A DNA stretch of 64,000 bases from a virus, in IMG/VR virus record IMGVR_UViG_3300045988_080614, one strand, 5' to 3'. The position numbers and the translations under genes were made by a program. The notes beneath the pieces are model-generated. The model searched no databases, had not been told where the DNA came from, and worked only from the letters and a program-made list of their open reading frames with translations. Below are positions 48,290-54,857 of this stretch, piece by piece. Positions within the stretch are counted from its first letter, which is position 1. Every line of letters starts with the position of its first letter.

Positions 48290-48420
48290 TTTTCTGTTAA
48301 TATTTTAATAATCCAAATACCTATAAATATCCAACCTACTATAATATATTGTTCATCAGTTAGCATATTTAATACTGCTAAAATACCAATAGGTATTATA
48401 ATATAAAGTAATTTTTTCAT
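48286..48420 (-). CDS. small membrane protein (44 aa)
   Basis: Hand-translated MKKLLYIIIPIGILAVLNMLTDEQYIIVGWIFIGIWIIKILTEK. ATGA overlap. Confidence 0.3.
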   Translation of the reverse strand: MKKLLYIIIPIGILAVLNMLTDEQYIIVGWIFIGIWIIKILTEK

Positions 48421-48430
48421 CTCTTAAATA

Positions 48431-48523
48431 TTAAAATATCATATAACCTAAAATTATAGATACTATAATAGTACCTATTAATTCTGTATAGAAATAAAAT
48501 GTATAAAAATCTTTTTTATTCAT
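48431..48523 (-). CDS. very small membrane peptide (30 aa), doubtful
   Basis: Hand-translated MNKKDFYTFYFYTELIGTIIVSIILGYMIF. Confidence 0.2.
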   Translation of the reverse strand: MNKKDFYTFYFYTELIGTIIVSIILGYMIF

Positions 48524-48767
48524 AATTGTTATGTTTAAATGTTTTTAACTATGTATTTTATTGATATTTCATACTAAATAAAACAACTAGAGTTGTAATG
48601 AGAAAGTATAAAATGTTATCATCTTATTTGTTGTTAACAAAAAGACTAGAGAGTAGATTATAGTGATTTTATAGGGGATTTGTTTTAACCCCCACACACC
48701 TTAATCCTTTAAACCTAAAACCTTAATAATCAATAGATTACAAAGTTCTATTAAAGTATTTATTTAA

Positions 48768-48834
48768 GTCCTATAAGAAAGAAAAAGACTATAAAACTGT
48801 AAAACAAAAGAATATTATTTCTTCCTTACAGGAC
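48768..48834. repeat. long imperfect hairpin, copy 2 of the repeated element
   Basis: Arms gtcctataagaaagaaa... / ...tttcttccttacaggac. Same end sequences as copy 1. Confidence 0.5.
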
Positions 48835-48895
48835 CTAAAAACTTTAAAACACACATGATATTCTCTCTAATGATATTTGATATTAACACTAGAGA

Positions 48896-48920
48896 TAATA
48901 AAAAAGGGAGCAAGGCTCCC
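48896..48920 (-). terminator. intrinsic terminator
   Basis: gggagc-aag-gctccc hairpin followed by a T-run on the minus strand, 7 nt after the stop at 48927. Confidence 0.55.
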
Positions 48921-48926
48921 TTCCCT

Positions 48927-49259
48927 TTAGAAGCTGACAATAGCATTACTATTGTTACCCTGCTCATGCATGATAAGCATGTGATTGCCATCCTGCATTA
49001 TAACTTCTGATACTACTGGAGTATCATAAGCCTCATTATTAAGCATCTTGTTGCTTAACTTCTCTGCTACCATTCCACGGATTTCTCCGCAAGCAAAGAA
49101 GCACATTGTGGCTCCTGATGCATGAGTTTTCTCCTTTGATAGAACTACATTGATTGATGCACCATTGCAAGCTGACTTCATTTCTTCGAGGCTAACAGTC
49201 TCAATGAAATTGTTGTTTGAACTCTGTGAATTACTCTTGAAATTTGAAAAGTTAATCAT
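48927..49259 (-). CDS. hypothetical protein, first gene of the minus-strand block
   Basis: 110-aa ORF. Visibly higher GC than its surroundings. Confidence 0.5.
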   Translation of the reverse strand: MINFSNFKSNSQSSNNNFIETVSLEEMKSACNGASINVVLSKEKTHASGATMCFFACGEIRGMVAEKLSNKMLNNEAYDTPVVSEVIMQDGNHMLIMHEQGNNSNAIVSF

Positions 49260-49296
49260 AATTGTATAGTTTTAATTGTTATGGGGAGGGACTATC

Positions 49297-49327
49297 CCAA
49301 CCCTATAGTCTAGGGGGTGAGGGTTGG
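49297..49327. other. GC-rich inverted repeat in the leader of the first minus-strand gene
   Basis: ccaaccct (49297-49304) pairs with agggttgg (49320-49327). Embedded in a G-run-rich patch ggggaggg...gggggtgagggttggtgg. Confidence 0.45.
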
Positions 49328-49333
49328 TGGATT

Positions 49334-49347
49334 ATACCACGCTTATG
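49334..49347. repeat. direct repeat ATACCACGCTTATG, copy 1
   Basis: Exact 14-mer. On the minus strand it reads CATAAGCGTGGTATAAT. Confidence 0.6.
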
Positions 49348-49393
49348 TAACTATAATAAAAATTTAAAAAAATTAAAATTAAAAAAAAATAAA

Positions 49394-49407
49394 ATACCAC
49401 GCTTATG
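49394..49407. repeat. direct repeat ATACCACGCTTATG, copy 2
   Basis: Exact 14-mer 60 bp from copy 1. Both copies are flanked by long A/T homopolymer tracts. Confidence 0.6.
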
Positions 49408-49454
49408 ACAATATAGTCAATTTCAAAAAAAAAAATAAAAAATTTAATTATAAA

Positions 49455-49486
49455 TTTGGTAGTTTAATTTTTTATTTGTATCTTTG
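49455..49486 (+). promoter_or_regulatory. Bacteroidota-type promoter (TTTG-N20-TATCTTTG)
   Basis: The 40-nt block taaatttggtagtttaa...t(a)tctttgcatc is nearly duplicated at 53288-53327. Confidence 0.55.
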
Positions 49487-49776
49487 CATCTACAAGGAAC
49501 ATATAAATACTTGAAGAGATTTATCAACTCTATAAAACATAGATAGACCCAATGCTATAGGTGTATATTTGAATGCAGCAAACTGAGAGAATAAAGGGTA
49601 TCAGTAAAGGCTACAGGTAAGCATTCCTAGAGATAAAAGAGTGAGAAATAATATTATATAAACGGGATATAAAACTATAGCATGGAAGCAAGCCATAATG
49701 CTGGCAGGGTCTCTTTATATATTATAGATTAGTTGATTTATTATTCTCAAGGAATAAGGATTAATAGTTTTAAATT
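49487..49776 (+). ncRNA. candidate structured leader or ncRNA (about 290 nt without an ORF, downstream of a promoter)
   Basis: Nested perfect helices 49545-50/49707-12, 49553-60/49675-82 and 49571-76/49621-26. Visibly higher GC than the flanks. Confidence 0.3.
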
Positions 49777-50040
49777 ATGGATAGAATAAAAAGGAGAAGA
49801 GCATTAGCAGGAATAAGTTGTAGAAGTTATACTGTTGATGATTGGGAACAATTTCAACAGATAAAAGAAACAAAATCTTTTAAAGAAAAACAGAAAGCTT
49901 TAAAAGAACAATATAATAAAATGCTTGCAAATAGAAAAAGAAAGAAAGGAAAATTAACTAAGAAAGACTTTCAGGAAGTTTATGAGTTTGTTTATATAAA
50001 ACAACAAAAGAAATATAAACCTAGACTTAAAATAAAATAA
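49777..50040 (+). CDS. small basic hypothetical protein
   Basis: 87-aa Lys/Arg-rich ORF. Confidence 0.5.
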   Translation: MDRIKRRRALAGISCRSYTVDDWEQFQQIKETKSFKEKQKALKEQYNKMLANRKRKKGKLTKKDFQEVYEFVYIKQQKKYKPRLKIK

Positions 50041-50072
50041 AGAGTAGTAATTAAGTTTACTACTCTTTTTTA
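50041..50072 (+). terminator. intrinsic terminator
   Basis: 10-bp stem agagtagtaa/ttactactct followed by a T-run, directly after the stop. Confidence 0.6.
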
Positions 50073-50081
50073 TTTATATAC

Positions 50082-50112
50082 TTGTATATATAAAACTTTA
50101 TTTATATCTTTG
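50082..50112 (+). promoter_or_regulatory. Bacteroidota-type promoter (cTTG-N20-TATCTTTG)
   Basis: The -7 box is at 50105-50112, 22 nt before the ATG at 50135. Confidence 0.5.
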
Positions 50113-50134
50113 CAGAAAATTTAAAGTATAAACT

Positions 50135-53100
50135 ATGAGTTGGAATGAATTAAGCTTAAAAGATAAAGCTGATTATATTAAAGAATCAGTTAATAATGGT
50201 ATATATAACTTATCTGATATAAGAAACAGATATAATATGTATGCTAATGGTGGTTATAAACCATCAGAAAGTATTAAGAAAAGAATAACTAATTGGGAGG
50301 GTAGTTCAATGAGAACTAATAGGTCATTTCAAGCAGAAGCTAATGACTTTAATAGAGTAATACCATCAAGTATTAGGTCTAAATTATCTCAACAACAACT
50401 TGATGCCTTATATTCTTATGGATATAATGTAGGTATGGGTAATCTTAAGAAAAGAGTATTACCTACCTTATCTAATTATGTTCAAGGTAAAGCATCAAAT
50501 GAAGATGTACAGAAATCTATGTGGGCTTCAAAAGATAATGAATTAAGAGGTCTTACTACTAGAAGAAACATTGAAAGAAGTTTATTTGGTGGTAAATATC
50601 AAACTGTATTCACTGGTACAGGAGGAACACCACATAATTATGGTTATACTGCTACTACTAATACTAATAGAAGTAGTAGTAATCCTTATCAAATACAGAA
50701 TGAAGAATGGCAAGGTAAAAACTATTTAGGTGCATATAAAGGACTTCAATTATCTATGAATGATATTATGGGTAAAACTAAAGAGAATGATATTGATGAC
50801 TTATTCTCTACTGGTATAGGACCCACAATATCTATGGATAATTTATTATCTATTGGTAATAATAATGTTGCTCCTGTACAGCCAGATTATAGTTATGCTA
50901 AATTATTACTATCAGATTTTGATTCAGATTTAAATAGTAATATGTTTGGCAATGGAGGTAAAATACCAAGAACCTATCAAGGAGATTTAAATCATTTAAA
51001 AGATGTAGGTTATCAGAAATGGAGAGCACATTTACCTACTAATTTAAGAGAAGAAACTTCAGATTATAACTTATATGAAGCATATAAATCAGGTGCTAAA
51101 CCTAGATTAGAATCTGATGGTTTTTATCATTTACCTTCAAGAGACCCAAGAACAAATAAAATATTAAAGAAAGCTACGCATCCTACTTATGGTATGGCTT
51201 TAAGAGAAGATGCTATAGAAGGATATTTACCTGTATATAATAATGGTGAAACATATACATACCCATTACCTTGGATTAAAGCTTATGGAGGTAAAATTAA
51301 TATGTTTGCTGAAGGAGGTAACATGGATAATAACAGAACCGCAATGCCTGCTCATCCTGCTACAAATCCATATAAAAGAAGAAGTTGGGAAACTGATGAA
51401 GAATATAAAGAAAGAATACAAGATTTAGATAATAAATCACAAGAGGTAGCATTAAATGATTCTACAGCAATAAATAAATATAAAGAGTGGGAAGCTAATA
51501 TACAAAAGCAACAGAAAATAAATGAAGAAAAGTCAAAAGCTATTACAATAGAAAAGAATACTAAGAGAGCAAAAACTCTAGAAAAAGAATTTAATTCTTT
51601 AAGAAATATACCATCTCAAATGTCTTCTAATGATACTATACAAGCAATAAATAAAAATATACCAGAAGCTTATAAACAGCAGTATATTAATAATATAAAT
51701 ATGTATAAACCAGCACTAGATACTATAGATTTAGGTATTAATTTATATAGTTTATATAATCCTACAGTACCAGTATTAAGTGCAGGACTTTTAACAAATG
51801 GATTACAATTTGGACAATCTATAGTAGATGAGGATTTAGGAGCAACTGATTACAGTGCCTTAGCTTTTGATACTTTAGGACTTTTAGGAGCCACAAATAA
51901 ATTACCTACTAGATTAAGAATAGGTAAAAATAGATTTTGGGATATAGATAAAACAGCAGATTATTTAGGAGCAGGTCAAAATATTTTAGATTCTGCTGGT
52001 GATGTATATGATTTAAGCAAAACTGGTTATCATTTATATAATAATAAAGGTAGTAATAATTTATATATATCTCCTTTTGAAAAGAGTTTTGATGAAGGAG
52101 GTAATTTAAGCTATATAGATGCAGATAATAGAAGAAGTAATATATTACTTCATACAGAAGATGGTAATCTATATGATAGTGCAGGTAATAACTATACTCA
52201 AAGTTATTTAGATGAAGAACATGTACCTATAATTAAAGGTACTATGCCTAGAAATACTAGACAATATTATGACCCTAATACTACATTAGAATTTATTAAT
52301 GCTGCTACAGCCCCTATAAGTAACTTTAGTCCTAGTAATATTGTAGGTTCTATAAGAGAAGCTAGAGATTATAATACATTTATGAATAGCTTTATGAATC
52401 AAGATAATACTGGTTTCTTTACTAGAGAATATACTAAAGAACACCCTTATATAAGTACATTAGGTAATATAGGTGGAGATATATTATTAGGTACAGCTTT
52501 AAATAAAGGATATAATACTTTTAAAAACAATATAAATAGCAGAATTAATAAAAAATTGTTTAATAAAGCTATTGATAATATAGCTAATATTTCTGATAAG
52601 AAATTAGATAAAATATATAATAGGATATATAATACTGGAGACTATGAAGATTTACAGCAATTAAGAGATAAACATTTTGAAATTAAAGCTAGTAATCCTT
52701 TAATGTCTAGAGATAAACCTATGCAATTATATCATACAGTAGGAGATGAATATAACCCTAATTTCAATATATTTAATCCTACTATTGAAGGTTCTAACTC
52801 TGCTATATATACTACAGACAATTTAGCTATGAGTAAATCCTATTCCTCTAAGCCTACTTATGGTAGAATTAAAAAATTATATTCTAATGCTTCTAAGAGT
52901 TATGATATAGAAGGTTATTATCAGCCTTGGAATGAAATACCTTATAATGGTAATATGTGGAGTACTAGAACATTAGAAAAAGCAGTTAGAAGTCATCCTC
53001 AATATGGTATAGATAGATTAGTTATACATAATATAAAGGATTGGGGAGGTAAAGCTATGCCTAAAGGAACATTCTTAATGGATGGCAATATAAAGTCTTC

Positions 53101-53281
53101 AGGTACTGTTATAGAGAATTTAAATCCTAATGATTTAAAGTATTCTTCTGCTGTTACTTATGATGATTTAGGCAATATAATCCCTCTATCTGAAAGAGAT
53201 AATTTTAGTATTAGTGATTTAAGATATAGCCTTATTCCACTGGGTACAGGAGCCACATTACTTAATTCAAAAGTTAAATAA
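50135..53281 (+). CDS. large multidomain protein with an N-terminal GH24 phage lysozyme domain
   Basis: ITNWEGSS...LSQQQLDALYSYGYNVGMGNL...LRGLTTRRNIERSLF matches the GH24 lysozyme pattern. The C-terminal roughly 190 aa carry an LYHTVG...SAIYTTDNLAMSKSY...VIENL pattern. Confidence 0.7.
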   Translation: MSWNELSLKDKADYIKESVNNGIYNLSDIRNRYNMYANGGYKPSESIKKRITNWEGSSMRTNRSFQAEANDFNRVIPSSIRSKLSQQQLDALYSYGYNVGMGNLKKRVLPTLSNYVQGKASNEDVQKSMWASKDNELRGLTTRRNIERSLFGGKYQTVFTGTGGTPHNYGYTATTNTNRSSSNPYQIQNEEWQGKNYLGAYKGLQLSMNDIMGKTKENDIDDLFSTGIGPTISMDNLLSIGNNNVAPVQPDYSYAKLLLSDFDSDLNSNMFGNGGKIPRTYQGDLNHLKDVGYQKWRAHLPTNLREETSDYNLYEAYKSGAKPRLESDGFYHLPSRDPRTNKILKKATHPTYGMALREDAIEGYLPVYNNGETYTYPLPWIKAYGGKINMFAEGGNMDNNRTAMPAHPATNPYKRRSWETDEEYKERIQDLDNKSQEVALNDSTAINKYKEWEANIQKQQKINEEKSKAITIEKNTKRAKTLEKEFNSLRNIPSQMSSNDTIQAINKNIPEAYKQQYINNINMYKPALDTIDLGINLYSLYNPTVPVLSAGLLTNGLQFGQSIVDEDLGATDYSALAFDTLGLLGATNKLPTRLRIGKNRFWDIDKTADYLGAGQNILDSAGDVYDLSKTGYHLYNNKGSNNLYISPFEKSFDEGGNLSYIDADNRRSNILLHTEDGNLYDSAGNNYTQSYLDEEHVPIIKGTMPRNTRQYYDPNTTLEFINAATAPISNFSPSNIVGSIREARDYNTFMNSFMNQDNTGFFTREYTKEHPYISTLGNIGGDILLGTALNKGYNTFKNNINSRINKKLFNKAIDNIANISDKKLDKIYNRIYNTGDYEDLQQLRDKHFEIKASNPLMSRDKPMQLYHTVGDEYNPNFNIFNPTIEGSNSAIYTTDNLAMSKSYSSKPTYGRIKKLYSNASKSYDIEGYYQPWNEIPYNGNMWSTRTLEKAVRSHPQYGIDRLVIHNIKDWGGKAMPKGTFLMDGNIKSSGTVIENLNPNDLKYSSAVTYDDLGNIIPLSERDNFSISDLRYSLIPLGTGATLLNSKVK

Positions 53282-53291
53282 TCTTAATAAA

Positions 53292-53323
53292 TTTGGTAGT
53301 TTAAAATATTTATATTACCTTTG
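53292..53323 (+). promoter_or_regulatory. Bacteroidota-type promoter (TTTG-N20-TACCTTTG)
   Basis: Near-duplicate of the promoter block at 49451-49490. Lies 17 nt before the ATG at 53341. Confidence 0.55.
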
Positions 53324-53340
53324 CATCCGTAAAATAATAG

Positions 53341-53766
53341 ATGTTTGAAATGATGAAGTTAATTATGAAATATATAAGGAATCTGATATTGTTTATATGG
53401 CAATTACCTCAACACTTATTAGCTATACTATATATAGGATATTTAGTAATGATGTGTAAAGATTTAGGTGTAGATTCCAGATATAAACAAGCTATAGTAA
53501 TTCCTTGTGTTATGAGAGGAGCAGTTACTTTAGGTTGTTATGTATTTGTAGGACTTAATTCAGAATATAGGAAAACTGTTAAACATGAATTAGGACATAC
53601 AATTCAAAGTAAGATATTAGGTCCTTTATACTTAATTGTAATAGGTATTCCTAGTATTACTTATTGTGGTTTAAGAAGGATATTTCCTTCATTAAGAAAG
53701 AAGAATTACTATAACTTTTACACTGAGAAATGGGCAAATAATCTTAGTGAAAAGCATATAAAGTAA
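53341..53766 (+). CDS. small membrane protein with an HExxH motif
   Basis: Hydrophobic helices plus VKHELGHTIQS. Confidence 0.5.
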   Translation: MFEMMKLIMKYIRNLILFIWQLPQHLLAILYIGYLVMMCKDLGVDSRYKQAIVIPCVMRGAVTLGCYVFVGLNSEYRKTVKHELGHTIQSKILGPLYLIVIGIPSITYCGLRRIFPSLRKKNYYNFYTEKWANNLSEKHIK

Positions 53767-53815
53767 TCTTTTGATTACACATTATAATATTAAGAGTGAT
53801 GACCTTAGTATTATT

Positions 53816-53870
53816 AACCTGCATAAATAAATGGCGATATTCTCCCTTGCAGGTTTTATTGGGAGAATAT
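53816..53870 (+). other. interleaved (pseudoknot-type or mutually exclusive) helices abutting tRNA-Glu
   Basis: Helix A: aacctgca 53816-23 with tgcaggtt 53848-55. Helix B: atattctccc 53837-46 with gggagaatat 53861-70. Order along the strand is A5'-B5'-A3'-B3'. Confidence 0.4.
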
Positions 53871-53942
53871 GGTGGGTTAGACAAGTGGTTAAGTCATAGG
53901 GTTTTCATCCCTACATCAGGAGTTCGAGTCTCCTACCCATTA
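53871..53942 (+). tRNA. tRNA-Glu(TTC)
   Basis: Hand-folded cloverleaf. Anticodon stem taggg/cccta with loop ttTTCat. T arm aggag-ttcgagt-ctcct. The acceptor stem has two G-U pairs. Confidence 0.7.
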
Positions 53943-53947
53943 CTAAT

Positions 53948-54018
53948 TGGAGTATGGTGTAAGGGTAACACGAGAGATTTTGGTCCTCTAATTTTCAGTT
54001 CGAATCTGGGTATTCCAA
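53948..54018 (+). tRNA. tRNA-Gln(TTG)
   Basis: Acceptor tggagta/tattcca, D stem gtgt/acac, loop ttTTGgt, T loop ttcgaat. One A-C mismatch at the base of the anticodon stem. Confidence 0.7.
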
Positions 54019-54025
54019 CTATGAT

Positions 54026-54099
54026 GGCTCTGTAGCTCAACTGAATAGAGCAACAGCCTTCTAAGCTGTGGGTCATAGGTTTGAATCCTATCAGAGTCA
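54026..54099 (+). tRNA. tRNA-Arg(TCT)
   Basis: Acceptor ggctctg/cagagtc, D gctc/gagc, anticodon stem acagc/gctgt with loop ctTCTaa, T arm atagg-tttgaat-cctat. Confidence 0.85.
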
Positions 54100-54148
54100 C
54101 AAGAGGATTTGAGAAATCCAATGAGAATTGTAACTTTTAATATTCTAA

Positions 54149-54178
54149 AACTACTAAATCTGTGAAGACAAGGTAGTT
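54149..54178 (+). other. conserved-loop hairpin, copy 1
   Basis: Stem aactac/gtagtt. 18-nt loop taaatctgtgaagacaag with an inner tct-GTGA-aga mini-helix. Confidence 0.5.
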
Positions 54179-54230
54179 ATATTTAAAAATTTTTATGTGA
54201 GTAAAAAATGTGGCAAACATACAGCGATTA

Positions 54231-54262
54231 TAAGCAGTAAATCTGTGAAGACTAGCTGCTTA
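54231..54262 (+). other. conserved-loop hairpin, copy 2
   Basis: Stem taagcag/ctgctta. 18-nt loop taaatctgtgaagactag. Ends 4 nt before tRNA-Ala. Confidence 0.5.
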
Positions 54263-54266
54263 ATTT

Positions 54267-54339
54267 GGGGATAGTGGTGTAATTGGTAACATATTTCCTT
54301 TGCAAGGAAATGTTTAGAGTTCGAGTCTCTCTGTCTCCA
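54267..54339 (+). tRNA. tRNA-Ala(TGC)
   Basis: G3-U70 wobble present in the acceptor ggggata/tgtctcc. Anticodon stem tttcc/ggaaa with loop ttTGCaa. Confidence 0.8.
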
Positions 54340-54443
54340 CATGAAAAGTATTGTAGATGCATATATGAATACAACGTAACTCCTAGGTTTTAGTTTATCT
54401 ATGTAAGTTTAGTCCTAGTGGATGTCGTAGAATCCTTAGTAAC

Positions 54444-54468
54444 AAGGGAGGCTAGAGTTATCTCCCTT
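54444..54468 (+). other. leader hairpin before tRNA-Met
   Basis: 7-bp stem aagggag/ctccctt. Ends 4 nt before the tRNA. Confidence 0.4.
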
Positions 54469-54472
54469 ACAT

Positions 54473-54544
54473 CGTGGGTTGTAGCAGTGATAGCTTACTT
54501 GGCTCATAACCAAGTGGTCGTTGGTTTGAATCCAACACCCACAA
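54473..54544 (+). tRNA. tRNA-Met(CAT); function (initiator, elongator or Ile2) undetermined
   Basis: Anticodon stem cttgg/ccaag with loop ctCATaa. T arm gttgg-tttgaat-ccaac. C1-A72 mismatch. Short atypical D arm. Confidence 0.7.
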
Positions 54545-54586
54545 CTATTAACTTTTAGATTTAATATATTAAACTAAGGTTTTCAA

Positions 54587-54612
54587 CTCTACTTTCCCTT
54601 AATAAAGTAGAG
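54587..54612 (+). other. leader hairpin before tRNA-Asn
   Basis: 9-bp stem ctctacttt/aaagtagag, 9 nt before the tRNA. Confidence 0.4.
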
Positions 54613-54621
54613 TGCTATTAT

Positions 54622-54693
54622 TGGGATATAGCTCAAAGGCAGAGCATTTGACTGTTAATCAAAAGGTTGAGGTATCGTAATCCTCTATCCCAG
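54622..54693 (+). tRNA. tRNA-Asn(GTT)
   Basis: Perfect acceptor tgggata/tatccca, D gctc/gagc, loop ctGTTaa. Non-canonical T arm gaggt-atcgtaa-tcctc. Confidence 0.65.
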
Positions 54694-54701
54694 CTATAAA
54701 T

Positions 54702-54775
54702 AGGAGTATAGTTCAGTCGGTTAGAGCATTTGGCTTATATCCAAATTGTCGGGGGTTCAAGTCCCTCTGCTCCTA
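54702..54775 (+). tRNA. tRNA-Ile(TAT)
   Basis: Acceptor aggagta/tgctcct, D gttc/gagc, anticodon stem tttgg/ccaaa with loop ctTATat, T arm ggggg-ttcaagt-ccctc. Confidence 0.8.
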
Positions 54776-54782
54776 CTATTTA

Positions 54783-54855
54783 CTCTCTTTAGCTCAGTTG
54801 GTAGAGTACGAAACTTTTAATTTTGGGGTCATGGGTTCAAGTCCCATAGGAGAGA
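54783..54855 (+). tRNA. tRNA-Lys(TTT)
   Basis: Acceptor ctctctt/aggagag, D gctc/gagt, loop ctTTTaa, T arm atggg-ttcaagt-cccat. Confidence 0.8.
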
Positions 54856-54857
54856 CT

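Noticed and set aside
49283-49330. G-quadruplex formed by the G-runs ggggaggg...gggggtgaggg.
   Set aside because: The central loop would be about 22 nt, beyond the canonical limits. The simpler inverted repeat explains the patch. It is kept only as part of the control-region finding.
49334-49407. Possibility that the repeated 14-mer is a mini CRISPR array.
   Set aside because: There are only two copies. The repeat is too short, the spacer is AT homopolymer, and no cas genes are present.
53796-54121. Track ORFs 53796-54035 (+) and 53933-54121 (-).
   Set aside because: They run through tRNA-Glu, tRNA-Gln and tRNA-Arg and start with GTG/TTG. They are artefacts of translating tRNA genes.
54798-54857. 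N-terminal extension of the 103-aa track ORF.
   Set aside because: Its TTG start lies inside tRNA-Lys. The ATG at 54858, just after the tRNA, is the plausible start.
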